NCBI GenBank assembly: GCA_963833725.1
Contig: CAWHYV010000014.1
Location: 16,753-80,752, forward strand
Origin: an uncultured Gaiellaceae bacterium
GTDB lineage: Bacteria > Actinomycetota > Thermoleophilia > Gaiellales > Gaiellaceae
DNA: 64,000 nt
Direction of reading: 5' to 3'
The translations under genes and the position numbers were made by a program. Shown here one piece after another: positions 1-9,343 of the stretch. How positions within the stretch are numbered: position 1 is the stretch's first letter; every line of letters begins with the position of its first letter. The notes below the pieces were generated by a model. It saw only the letters and a program-made list of their open reading frames with translations. It did no database searches and was not told where the DNA came from.

Positions 1-276
1 CCCGGCGACAGCATGCGCGTCGGGGAGAACCGCCTCGAGCTCGCTCCGCATCTCGGCCAGCGGTTCCACGGCTGTCACCCTGTGCCCGAGGCCGACGAGC
101 GCGCGTGTGAGCTTCCCCGTACCCGCGCCGAGATCGACGACGTCGCACGGCTCGAAGCCGGCGAGCCACCGGACCGCATCGTCCGGATAGCCGGGTCGGC
201 CGCGCTCGTATGCGCTCGCGACCTCGGCGAACGCCGTGTACGGGCCGCGCACGTTGGGATCGCGGTTGACGATCAC
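1..276 (-). CDS. Class I SAM-dependent methyltransferase (5' part; gene runs off the left edge)
   Basis: Not in the ORF track because it is truncated. Reverse-strand translation from GTG at 276 gives VIVNRDPNVRGPYTAFAEVASAYERGRPGYPDDAVRWLAGFEPCDVVDLGAGTGKLTRALVGLGHRVTAVEPLAEMR. This contains the DLGAGTG SAM-binding motif. Confidence 0.6.
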   Translation of the reverse strand, partial: MIVNRDPNVRGPYTAFAEVASAYERGRPGYPDDAVRWLAGFEPCDVVDLGAGTGKLTRALVGLGHRVTAVEPLAEMRSELEAVLPDAHAVAG

Positions 277-343
277 CGGATCGAGTCTAGACCCGCCCCG
301 ATCCGCGCCGTCTCGACCAGGAGGGTGATCCGGCGACGGCGTA

Positions 344-1042
344 TCAGAGACGGATCTCGGCGGCGCCGTCGCGCATCGCGACGAGCCTGGGCACGACGTC
401 GAGCACGCTCTCACGCGCGCAGAACGGGATGTCGGCCTCGAGATCGGGTGCGTTCTCCATGAGGTTGCGACCGCTCTTCGACGCGCGGAAAGCCTCCTCC
501 GCGCCGCTCCACGTCGCGGCCAGCCGGGCGGCGGCCACGGCTGCGTCCGTTCGCTCCCAGCCGAGGAGCTCGACGATCCGGCCCGCGACGAAGGCATCGT
601 CGAGCGCGAGCGTGCCCTGCACTCCTGCGCACACGACGACGACGTCCTCGGCGGCCGCCCGTACCGCTTCGACGACCGCCGACAGGTTCAGAAGCGACGC
701 GACGAGCACGCGCTCGCAGCGCTGCGCGGCGGACACGACCGCGCGCGTCCCGTTCGTCGTCGAGAGGATCAGCGTGTCCGCGATCGGCTCGACGTACTCA
801 CGCGGCGAGTTGCCGAGATCGAAGCCCGGGATCCGGACGGCGTTCCTCTCCCCGCCGAGCGCGCCCTCGCCGAGCGACTCGCGGAGCGCGCGCGCCTCCT
901 CGACCTCGGCGGCGCAGAACACGCGCTGATACCCCGCGGCGAGCGCCTGGCACATCGTCGACGTCGCGCGGATGACGTCGATGACGACGCCGGTGGGGGC
1001 CGCTCCGGACTCGTCCGGGGTGAACACGACGTCGACACGCAC
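344..1042 (-). CDS. comB: 2-phosphosulfolactate phosphatase family protein (ComB-like)
   Basis: 232-aa ORF. It has VVIDVIRATSTMCQALAAGY and LILSTTNGTRAV segments typical of the ComB family. GTG start. Confidence 0.75.
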   Translation of the reverse strand: MRVDVVFTPDESGAAPTGVVIDVIRATSTMCQALAAGYQRVFCAAEVEEARALRESLGEGALGGERNAVRIPGFDLGNSPREYVEPIADTLILSTTNGTRAVVSAAQRCERVLVASLLNLSAVVEAVRAAAEDVVVVCAGVQGTLALDDAFVAGRIVELLGWERTDAAVAAARLAATWSGAEEAFRASKSGRNLMENAPDLEADIPFCARESVLDVVPRLVAMRDGAAEIRL

Positions 1043-1061
1043 GTGGGTACGCTAACCCGCC

Positions 1062-1916
1062 GTGGACGAGCCCCTTCGCTGCTACCGCCATCCCGACCGC
1101 GAGACCTACGTGTCGTGCTCGGAGTGCGGGCGCGGGATCTGCCCGGACTGCATGACGTACGGGCCTGTCGGGATCCGCTGCCCCGATCACGCGAGTACGG
1201 GTGGGAAGGCGCCGGCGACCCAGCGCGTCGCCCGCTCCGCGTCGCGCTCGCTCTCCGGGTACGGCCCGTACGTCACGTTCACGCTCATCGGGATCAACGT
1301 CGCGCTGTTCGTGCTCGAGCTGGCGACTGGTGGACAGTTGAACGGCACGGGCAGCTGGATCTACGAGAAGGGCGTGCTCGTCTCGAGCGCCGTCGACTCG
1401 TCGGGGCAGGTCGTCGGTGTCGCCGAGGGGGAATGGTGGCGACTCCTCACCGCGTCGTTCCTCCACTACGGCCTCATCCATCTCGGCATGAACATGCTCG
1501 TGCTCTGGTTCATCGGGCCGCCGCTCGAGGAGTACTTCGGCCACGGGCGCTACCTCCTCGTCTACGTCGTCTCCGGCCTCGCCGGGTCGGCCGGCGCGCT
1601 CATCTGGTCGCCGAATGCGCTCACCGTCGGCGCGTCCGGCGCGATCTGGGGGATCATGGGCGCCGCGCTCGTCCTCGAGGCACGGAAGATCTGGGTCTTC
1701 GGCGGTCAGGCGATGGGGCTCGTGATCTTCAACCTCGCGATCTCGTTCGTGATCCCCGGCATCTCGATCGGCGGCCACATCGGCGGGCTGATCGGAGGCG
1801 GCCTGTGCGCGCTCGCGTTCTCGAGCTTCCGCCGGTCGCCCGCACTCGCGACGCTCTCCATCGCAGCGATCGGCGTCGTGAGCGTCGGCGTCGCCGTCGC
1901 CCAGGTCACCGCGTAG
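1062..1916 (+). CDS. Rhomboid family intramembrane serine protease with N-terminal Cys-rich zinc-ribbon
   Basis: 284-aa ORF. The N-terminus is CYRHPDRETYVSCSECGRGICPDCM. Rhomboid motifs are HLGMNM, GASGAIWG (catalytic Ser) and GGHIGGLIGG (catalytic His), with multiple TM helices. It is divergent from comB with only 19 bp between the start codons. Confidence 0.85.
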   Translation: MDEPLRCYRHPDRETYVSCSECGRGICPDCMTYGPVGIRCPDHASTGGKAPATQRVARSASRSLSGYGPYVTFTLIGINVALFVLELATGGQLNGTGSWIYEKGVLVSSAVDSSGQVVGVAEGEWWRLLTASFLHYGLIHLGMNMLVLWFIGPPLEEYFGHGRYLLVYVVSGLAGSAGALIWSPNALTVGASGAIWGIMGAALVLEARKIWVFGGQAMGLVIFNLAISFVIPGISIGGHIGGLIGGGLCALAFSSFRRSPALATLSIAAIGVVSVGVAVAQVTA

Positions 1917-1922
1917 CGGGAC

Positions 1923-4521
1923 TCAGCCTCCGATCGCGACGGCGGTGACGCCCACCTCGGCGAGCGCCGCCTGCGCCGCGGCGAGGCGCGCGAGCGGCAC
2001 GCGATACGGCGAGCAGGAGACGTAGTCGAGACCGAGCCCGTGGCAGAACGCCACCGAGCGCGGCTCTCCCCCGTGCTCACCGCAGATGCCGAGCTTGATG
2101 CCCGGCTTCGCGCGTCTCCCCCGCTCCACGGCGATCCGCATGAGGTCGCCGACGCCCTCTTCGTCGAGCACCTCGAACGGGTTGCGCTCGAGGATGCCGT
2201 GCTCGAGGTAGTAGGTGAGGAACTTGCCCTCGGCGTCGTCGCGCGAGAAGCCGAGGGTCGTCTGCGTGAGGTCGTTCGTTCCGAACGAGAAGAAGTCCGC
2301 CTCGGCGGCGATCTCGTCGGCGCGGAGCGCGGCGCGGGGTAGCTCGATCATCGTCCCGCAGAGGTACTCCACCGTCGGCTCCTCGGCTGCGACGCGCTCC
2401 GTGAGCTCGCGCAGCCGCGCGAGCTCCTCGGTGAAGCCGACGAGCGGGTGCATGATCTCGACCAGCGGCGCCTCGCCCGTGCGCTCGCGCACGGCACGGG
2501 CGGCCCGGACGATCGCCCGCACCTGCATCTCGTAGATCTCCGGGAACTGCAGCCCGAGGCGGCAGCCGCGCGTGCCGAGCATCGGGTTCGCCTCGTGGAG
2601 CTGGCGGATCCGGTCGCGCATGGCGTCCGAGGTCGCCTCCTCGAGCGACGGGAGGAACTCGTGCAGCGGCGGGTCGAGCAGGCGGATGGTCACGGGCAGT
2701 CCGGCCATCGCCTCGAAGATCCCCTCGAAGTCGCCCTGCTGCATCGGAAGCAGGCGCTCGAGCGCGCTTCGCCGCTCCTCCTCGTCGCGCGCCATGATCA
2801 TCTCGCGCACGACAGGGAGCCGGTCCTCGCCCATGAACATGTGCTCGGTCCGGCAGAGGCCGATGCCCTCCGCACCGAATTCGCGCGCCTTCGCGGCATC
2901 TTCCGGCGTGTCCGCGTTCGCGCGAACGCGCAGGCGCCGAAGCCCATCTGCCCAGTCGAGGATCGTCTCGAAGTTCTCGTCGATCGCCGGCGGGACGAGC
3001 GGAACGGCGCCGACGATGACCCGCCCGGTGCCGCCGTCCACGGTGATCACGTCACCTGCCCGCAGCTCGTGCTCGCCGATCCGCACGGTGCCGGCCGCCA
3101 CGTCGATCCCGAGGTCCTCGCACCCGGCGACGCACGGCTTGCCCATCCCGCGTGCGACGACGGCTGCGTGGGACGTCATACCGCCGTGGGCGGTGAGCAC
3201 GCCGGCGGCGTGAATCAGCCCGTGGATGTCGTCGGGCGTCGTCTCCCAGCGCACGAGGATCACCGCCTCCCCCGCCCTGCCACGCTCCTCGGCCGTGTCC
3301 GCGTCGAGGACGATCGCGCCGGAGGCTGCGCCGGGAGACGCGTTCAGCCCGCGTGCCGCGACGGCCACCTTCGCGTCCGGGTCGATCATCGGATGCAGGA
3401 GCTGGTCGAGCTGGCCCGGGTCGATGCGCGCCACCGCCTCCTCGCGGGAGATGAGGCCCTCGTCGACCATCTCGGCCGCCACACGCAGCGCCGCGGTCGC
3501 AGTGCGCTTCCCTGTGCGTGTCTGAAGGAGGTAGAGCGTGCCCTCCTCGACCGTGAACTCGATGTCCTGGAGATCGCGGTAGTGGGCCTCGAGGCGGTCG
3601 AGCGTGTCGACGAGCCGCTCGAACGCCTCCGGCATCCGCTCGCGCATGCGCTCGATCGGCTCCGGGGTGCGGATGCCCGCGACGACGTCCTCTCCCTGCG
3701 CGTTCGCGAGGAACTCGCCGTACAGCCGTCTCTCGCCGGTGGCCGGATCGCGCGTGAAGCACACACCCGTGCCCGAGCTCTCGCCGCGATTCCCGAAGAC
3801 CATCTGAACGACGTTCACCGCAGTGCCGAGATCCTCGGGGATGTCGTTCGCCCGCCGGTACACCCGTGCGCGCGGCGCGTTCCACGAGTCGAAGACGGCG
3901 CGGTAGGCGCGGCGGAGCTGCTCACTCGGCTCCTGCGGGAACGGCCAACCCGTCTCCTCCTCGTAGATCGAGGAGAACGTCGCAACGAGCTCGCGGAGGT
4001 CGTCCGCGGTGAGCTCGACGTCGTGCGAGACCCCGCGTCCAGCCTTCAGGTCGGTCAGCGCCTGCTCGAAGCGCTGCCCGTCGACGCCGTCGACGACCTC
4101 GCCGTACATCTGGACGAGCCGGCGGTACGAGTCGAGCGCGAAGCGCGGATTTCCGGTGGAGGAGGCGAGCCCTTCGACCGCGACGTCGTTCAGGCCGAGG
4201 TTGAGGATCGAGTCCATCATCCCGGGCATCGAGATCGCCGCTCCCGAGCGGACCGAGACGAGCAGCGGGTCGCGGTCGTCGCCGAAACCTTTGCCCGCGC
4301 GCGCCTCGAGCCCTGCGATGTGCTCGTCGACCTCGGCGTCGAGCCCTGCTGGCACCTCTCCGCCACCCAGCGAGGTACGCCCGGCAGGCCTCGGTCGTGA
4401 TCGTGAACCCGTCCGGTACGGGCACGCCGAGCGCAGTCATCTCGGCGAGGCCGATCCCCTTCCCGCCGAGGAGCTCACGACCGCCGCCCGAGTCCTCCGC
4501 GAAGTCGAAGACGTAGCGCAT
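1923..4521 (-). CDS. ppdK: Pyruvate, phosphate dikinase (frame disrupted near codon 52)
   Basis: The N-terminus lies in the 3922..4521 frame (MRYVFDFAEDSGGGRELLGGKGIGLAEMTALGVPVPDGFTITTEACRAYLAG). The rest lies in ORF 1923..4355 (DPLLVSVRSGAAISMPGMMDSILNLGLND, TAHGGMTSHAAVVARGMGKPCV, GICGEHGGEPRSV). The two pieces join if one G is removed from the run at about 4366-4368. Confidence 0.9.
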
Positions 4522-4815
4522 TTGCGGGGGGAATATACGGGCATTAGGCAGGGCGCGGAAACCGCATGGTTAAGCGGTTGCCAATGTCGTATACGTCGTC
4601 GAATCGCGTGCTGGTGAGACGCGGTGCGTACGAAAAGCCACCCCATCGAGCAAGTGCAACCCAGAGCTGTCCGCTCGAGCCACTAGCCACAACCCTCCTC
4701 CGGTGTAACCATTCCAGCGTGGTCGGCGTCCCGGACCCATGTCGGCTACCTGCGGATCGAGGAGCCAAGCAGGACTGAACAGACAGCATCCAGTGGAGGA
4801 CGGAAAGGAGCCCTG

Positions 4816-5238
4816 ATGCGAGCAGTCATTCCGACTGCGATCGTGGCGGCGCTCATCGCGGTAGCGCCGGCCGCTGCTACGACGAGCACGTCCACGACTA
4901 CGGCCAGCGTGGTCGACGCGAAGTCGTGGTGCAAGGCAGTCATCGACGCGAACACGAGGGCCGGGACGATGAAGAACAAGCGCTTCCTTTCCCCCGCCAA
5001 GATCACGCCGGTCATGTGGAAGAAGGTCGTCGACGCGGCCGTCGCCAACGGCGACAAGTACATCGCGCTCGCGCCGAGCTCGATCAAGACCGCTGTCGTG
5101 CATCAGATGGCGTACTTCAGGCACATCAAGGCGAACCACTACTCGAAGACCACGCCACTCGCTCCGATGACGCTGGCCGACGTCAAGAAGATCACGGACT
5201 TCGAGCGCACCCAGTGTGGGATCACGTTCGCCACATGA
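4816..5238 (+). CDS. Hypothetical secreted protein (signal peptide, Lys-rich, two Cys)
   Basis: 140-aa ORF with an AAAGGAG RBS 7 nt upstream of the ATG. The N-terminal signal-like segment is MRAVIPTAIVAALIAVAPAAA. It lies in a locally lower-GC segment. I recognise no family. Confidence 0.5.
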   Translation: MRAVIPTAIVAALIAVAPAAATTSTSTTTASVVDAKSWCKAVIDANTRAGTMKNKRFLSPAKITPVMWKKVVDAAVANGDKYIALAPSSIKTAVVHQMAYFRHIKANHYSKTTPLAPMTLADVKKITDFERTQCGITFAT

Positions 5239-5447
5239 GCGGGAAGCCGTAGGCCAGGAAACGTCATTCCGGTGAAAGAGGTACCGAAAGAGCGCCTCGC
5301 TGCCGCCCTGGTGAGACACGGGTGAGACACGAGCGGCGAAAGTGAGCCGCAAACCCGCATCAGTTCACGAGTAGTGCATTAGCCGGGGGGAATCTACCCG
5401 TACCGCTCGTGGAGTGGCGATGCGTGCGGGCGGTGATCAGCGCTCGT

Positions 5448-5756
5448 TCACGCCGCCGGCGTCGCGTCACGATCGCGCGGCAGGCGGTCGGTCGAGGTCA
5501 CCGTGCCCTTTGCGTCGACCGAGATGAGCTTGTGCTTCTCTCCGCCGAAGATCAGCAGCGGGATGTAGACGATCAGCCAGAGACCGAGCGTCGCGATCGA
5601 GAAGAACAGGTGAAGACCGTGGCTGATGGGCTCGCCCTTTACGAGCTCCGCCCCCATGGGTGTCCGTGAACGTACGCGCCACCCGTGGGAGACGAAGTAC
5701 TGGACCTCCCCGTCGAGAGTTCGAATCAGGTCGGTGCGACTGAGCATCGGTGCCAC
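5448..5756 (-). CDS. Hypothetical small membrane protein
   Basis: 102-aa ORF with a hydrophobic stretch HGLHLFFSIATLGLWLIVYIPLLIFGG. I recognise no family. Start could be GTG 5756 or ATG 5747. Confidence 0.45.
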   Translation of the reverse strand: MAPMLSRTDLIRTLDGEVQYFVSHGWRVRSRTPMGAELVKGEPISHGLHLFFSIATLGLWLIVYIPLLIFGGEKHKLISVDAKGTVTSTDRLPRDRDATPAA

Positions 5757-5989
5757 GGCTATCCCAGATTGTGGGGCATTCCCGGACGGATCGCCCCCCT
5801 ATCGAGGTCGGCGAGCTCGAGCCCATTCTCACCCCTTCGGGTCACGCCGGCTCGAGCCGGCCCGGAGTATCGTCGCCATTAGGCCCTGGGCGTCCGGATG
5901 ACACGATGCCTTGCCGCAGAGGCATCCAGAGGTCGACCCCCGCCCAGGGCTTTCTTCACCAATGGCGAGCCGAATCTAGACTCGGCTCC

Positions 5990-6667
5990 GTGCCGGGTCA
6001 GATCGTGGCGATGGGCGGCGGCGGGTTCATGGCGGACCGCGCATCGCAGCTCGACGACTTCATGCTGTCGCTCTCTGCGGCCGCTCGCCCGCGGATCTGC
6101 CTCGTGCCGACAGCCTCCGGCGACTCCGATCGTGTGATCGCTGCCTTCTTCGAGGCGTTCGCTCGGCGCGACTGCGAATCGAGCTGCCTGCGCCTCTTCG
6201 GAACACCCGAGCGCCCGGCCGAGCAGCTCGGCGACTCCGACGTGATCTACGTCTCGGGCGGAAACACCGCGAACGCACTCGCACTCTGGCGCCTGCACGG
6301 CATCGACGTCGCGCTCCGCGCGGCCTGGGATCGCGGAGCCGTGCTCGGCGGCGTGAGCGCCGGAGCGAACTGCTGGTTCGAGTGCTGCGTGACCGATTCG
6401 TTCGGAGCGACGCTCGACCCGCTTCACGACGGGCTCGGGCTGCTCCCGGGGAGCTTCTGCCCGCACTACGACGGCGAGGAGCTCCGCCGCCCGGTGTACC
6501 GCGCGCTCGTGGATGGCGGATTCCCCGACGGCTACGCCGCGGACGACGGCGCAGCGCTCCATTTCGAGGGCATCGAGTTGCGCGAGGTGGTCACCGCGCA
6601 GCAGGGTGCGACTGCGTATCGGCTCGCACGGGGAACGGAGACACGTCTCGACGCGCGTGCTCTCTGA
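5990..6667 (+). CDS. Peptidase E-like (S51 family) dipeptidase
   Basis: This is the in-frame part of ORF 5750..6667. It reads VPGQIVAMGGGGF...ICLVPTASGDS...VIYVSGGNTANAL...LGGVSAGANCW (Ser nucleophile context)...FCPHYDGE. Start could be GTG 5990 or ATG 6011. Confidence 0.7.
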   Translation: MPGQIVAMGGGGFMADRASQLDDFMLSLSAAARPRICLVPTASGDSDRVIAAFFEAFARRDCESSCLRLFGTPERPAEQLGDSDVIYVSGGNTANALALWRLHGIDVALRAAWDRGAVLGGVSAGANCWFECCVTDSFGATLDPLHDGLGLLPGSFCPHYDGEELRRPVYRALVDGGFPDGYAADDGAALHFEGIELREVVTAQQGATAYRLARGTETRLDARAL

Positions 6668-6693
6668 ACCGCGACTTCCTAAGGAGTCTGTAA

Positions 6694-8223
6694 GTGGACG
6701 CCTCGCGGAGCAGCGCCGGGACTAGCCTCCCGAACGTGGCAGATGCTCGGCCGTTCGTGCGAGGGATTGCTGCCCTGTCGGCGGCCGTCGTCGGCGCCGT
6801 GACGCTCGTCGGCGCGGCAGCTCCGGCCAGCCACGGCACGTACACGATTCGCGTCGACGCACGCGACTTCGCATTCGCGCTCTCGCGGAGGAGCGTCCCG
6901 GCTGGATCGTCCGTTCGCTTCGTCGTGCGAAACCGCGGCAACTCCGCACACGACTTCGTCGTCGCGAAGAAGCGCACCCGTGTCCTGCGCCCCGGGCAGC
7001 GTCAGTCGATCACCGTCTCGTTCCCGCGCAAGGGCACGTTCCGGTTTCTCTGCTCGGTACCCGGACACGTTCGCCTCGGCATGAAGGGCTCGTTCGGCGT
7101 TTCCGTGAAGCCACCACCCCCCGATCCCCCGGCACCGCCCGTCGACACGTCGGACGTCGCCACGCTCACGCGGGTCGGCGGCTTCGAGCGTCCCGTTCTC
7201 GTCACAGCGCCGCCCGGAGACACGTCGCGCGTCTTCGTCGTCGAGCAGGCAGGGCTCGTGCGCATCGTCAAAGACGGCGCAACCCTCCCGCGGCCGTTTC
7301 TCGACCTGCGTGACAAGGTGAAGCTGTCCAGCGAGCCCGGGTTCCTCTCGATCGCATTCGCCCCGGACTACGCGACGAGCGGGCTCTTCTATGCCTTCTA
7401 CAACTCGACAGCCGGGAACGGGGACATCCACATCTCGGAGTTCCGACGTCATGCGACAGATCCCGATCTCGCCGACATCTATACGGAGCGAATCCTGCTG
7501 GTCATCCCGAAGCCGTGGGAGAACCACAACGGCGGGATGCTCCAGTTCGGGCCCGACGGATACCTGTATGCGTCGATCGGTGACGGCGACAGCGGCGTGC
7601 TCAACCCACCGGGCTTCTTCGCCCAGAGTCGCGACGAACTGCTCGGAGACATTCTTCGCATCGACCCGCGCGGCGACCCGTACGCGATCCCGCCCGACAA
7701 CCCGTACGTCGGCCTCGAAGGGGTGCGACCCGAGATCTGGGCATACGGCCTTCGGAACCCCTGGCGCTTCTGGATCGACCACGAAACGGGCGCGATGTTC
7801 GTCGCGGATGCCGGAAACGCACGGCGCGAGGAGGTGGACTTCGTCCGCGCGGGCGCAGCAGGGACCAACTTCGGCTGGCCGTGCTTCGAGGGCTCGCTCC
7901 CGTTCGACCTCGGTGCGACGTGCGCGAGCCCTGCCGCGCCACTGCTCGAGTACCCGCGCGCGGGCTCGGACTGCGCGGTGATCGGAGGGGTCGTCGTACG
8001 CGATCGCCGTCTCTCCGATCTCACCGGGCGGTACCTCTACGGCGACTTCTGCTCGGGTCGGATCACCGCCGTCGTCGTCGAGGACGGACGGGTCACCTCG
8101 ACCGGCGACCTGGGCCTCGTCGTTCCCGAGCTGACGAGCTTCGGTGTCGACGGCCTCGGACGGATCTACGTCATGTCCCTCCGCGGCGACGTCTACCGGC
8201 TCGACCCGCGACCCGGGCCCTGA
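6694..8223 (+). CDS. Cupredoxin (type-1 copper) domain fused to PQQ-dependent sugar/sorbosone dehydrogenase beta-propeller
   Basis: 509 aa, with an AAGGAG RBS 8 nt upstream of the GTG. The N-terminal part has a signal/TM segment and T1-Cu ligands (SAHDFVV ... FLCSVPGHVRLGM). The C-terminal part has PGFLSIAFAPDY, NHNGGMLQFGPDGYLYASIGDGDSG, AYGLRNPWRF and TNFGWPCFEG. Confidence 0.8.
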   Translation: MDASRSSAGTSLPNVADARPFVRGIAALSAAVVGAVTLVGAAAPASHGTYTIRVDARDFAFALSRRSVPAGSSVRFVVRNRGNSAHDFVVAKKRTRVLRPGQRQSITVSFPRKGTFRFLCSVPGHVRLGMKGSFGVSVKPPPPDPPAPPVDTSDVATLTRVGGFERPVLVTAPPGDTSRVFVVEQAGLVRIVKDGATLPRPFLDLRDKVKLSSEPGFLSIAFAPDYATSGLFYAFYNSTAGNGDIHISEFRRHATDPDLADIYTERILLVIPKPWENHNGGMLQFGPDGYLYASIGDGDSGVLNPPGFFAQSRDELLGDILRIDPRGDPYAIPPDNPYVGLEGVRPEIWAYGLRNPWRFWIDHETGAMFVADAGNARREEVDFVRAGAAGTNFGWPCFEGSLPFDLGATCASPAAPLLEYPRAGSDCAVIGGVVVRDRRLSDLTGRYLYGDFCSGRITAVVVEDGRVTSTGDLGLVVPELTSFGVDGLGRIYVMSLRGDVYRLDPRPGP

Positions 8224-8455
8224 GCTCGGCGATCCATGCCGCGCCGCGCAGCCCGAGCCAGATCGGCGTGAGCAGCACGTAGAAGACGAGATCACCGACG
8301 AGCATGAGGAACAACCAGAGCGCCAGCCAGCGCGGCGGGATCCAGCCCTTCTCACGCAGGTCGCCCGTCCCGCCGGGAGGAGGTCTGAACGGGTTGTCCA
8401 GGAGCGGCTCGCCCGGAGCGCCGTACGGGCGCGGATCGTGGCGTTCGTCCGTCAC
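8171..8455 (-). CDS. Hypothetical small membrane protein, translationally coupled to PDRP
   Basis: 94-aa ORF. Its GTG start overlaps the TGA stop of the upstream gene (GTGA). It has one TM segment (WLALWLFLMLVGDLVFYVLLTPIWLGL). Its 3' end overlaps the convergent gene by about 50 nt. Confidence 0.4.
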   Translation of the reverse strand: MTDERHDPRPYGAPGEPLLDNPFRPPPGGTGDLREKGWIPPRWLALWLFLMLVGDLVFYVLLTPIWLGLRGAAWIAELRARVAGRAGRRRRGGT

Positions 8456-9282
8456 GCCTTCGTCACTGCACGCCTCCGCCGCTCGACGAGCCTGATGATC
8501 CGCATCGCGGTTTCCTCGACCGAGAGCTCTGACACGTCGATAACGGGACAGCGCAGCCTCTTGTGGAGCTTCGACGCCTCCTCGAGCTCGACGTAGACCG
8601 CCTCCAGCTCGGCATAGCGCCTGCGCGGCGCGCCCATGCTCTTCACGCGCGCAGTCCTGATGTCCGCGAGGCGTTCGGCGCCGATCGTGAGCCCGACGAT
8701 CTTCGCCGGGTCGATCTCGAACAGCTCGTCCGGCGGGTCGATGTCACGGACGACCGGCACGTTCGCCGCCTTGTGACCGAGGTAGCCGAGGAAGATCGAG
8801 AGCGGCGTCTTCGACGTACGCGACACGCCGACCAGGACGATGTCCGCCTCGTCGAGACCACTCCCCACGCCGTCGTCGTACTTCACCGCGAACTCGATCG
8901 CCTCGATCCGCTTGAAGTAGGTCGAGTCGAGCGGCGCGCGCGCTCCGGGCTCCATGCGCGCCGCGACGCCCGCGACGCGCGAGACGGAGTCGATCGGATG
9001 GCCGAGGAGATCGCAGTAGTGGACGCGTGCGCGGCGGCAGAGCTGGCGCATCGCGTCGCGCATCTCGGGCTCGACGAGTGTGTACACCATGACCGCGGGA
9101 CGACCACGCGCCTGCTGCACGGCGATGTGAAGGTCCTCGACGTTCTCGACGCGAGGGTGCCGGACCTCCTCGAACGGCTGGCTCGGAAACTGCGCTTCGA
9201 GCGCGAGGACGAGCCGTTGCGCCGTCTCGCCCGTCGAGTCGGAGACGATGTGGAGCTCGACGGGTACACGCTCGTCGGCCAT
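8452..9282 (-). CDS. Pyruvate, phosphate dikinase regulatory protein (PDRP/PpsR family, DUF299 kinase-phosphotransferase)
   Basis: ORF 8452..9303, with ATG at 9282 preferred (MADERVPVELHIVSDSTGETA). It has the P-loop-like segment VLVGVSRTSKTPLSIFLG and YFKRIEAIEFAVKYDDG. Confidence 0.85.
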   Translation of the reverse strand: MADERVPVELHIVSDSTGETAQRLVLALEAQFPSQPFEEVRHPRVENVEDLHIAVQQARGRPAVMVYTLVEPEMRDAMRQLCRRARVHYCDLLGHPIDSVSRVAGVAARMEPGARAPLDSTYFKRIEAIEFAVKYDDGVGSGLDEADIVLVGVSRTSKTPLSIFLGYLGHKAANVPVVRDIDPPDELFEIDPAKIVGLTIGAERLADIRTARVKSMGAPRRRYAELEAVYVELEEASKLHKRLRCPVIDVSELSVEETAMRIIRLVERRRRAVTKA

Positions 9283-9343
9283 CCGCGGGAGGCTAGCGCC
9301 CACGAGGTCGTATCCTCACGGAGTCGTTCCACAAGGAGGAGAC

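Noticed and set aside
5139-5360. A 73-aa minus-strand ORF lies downstream of the TAGATTCCCCCC motif.
   Set aside because: It is antisense to the 3' end of the better-supported 4816-5238 gene. It has no RBS and its composition is not protein-like.
5846-5861. A perfect 16-bp palindrome GCCGGCTCGAGCCGGC lies in the divergent intergenic region and could be an operator.
   Set aside because: At this GC content I estimate a few perfect 16-bp palindromes per 64 kb by chance. No second copy and no adjacent regulator gene support a functional call.
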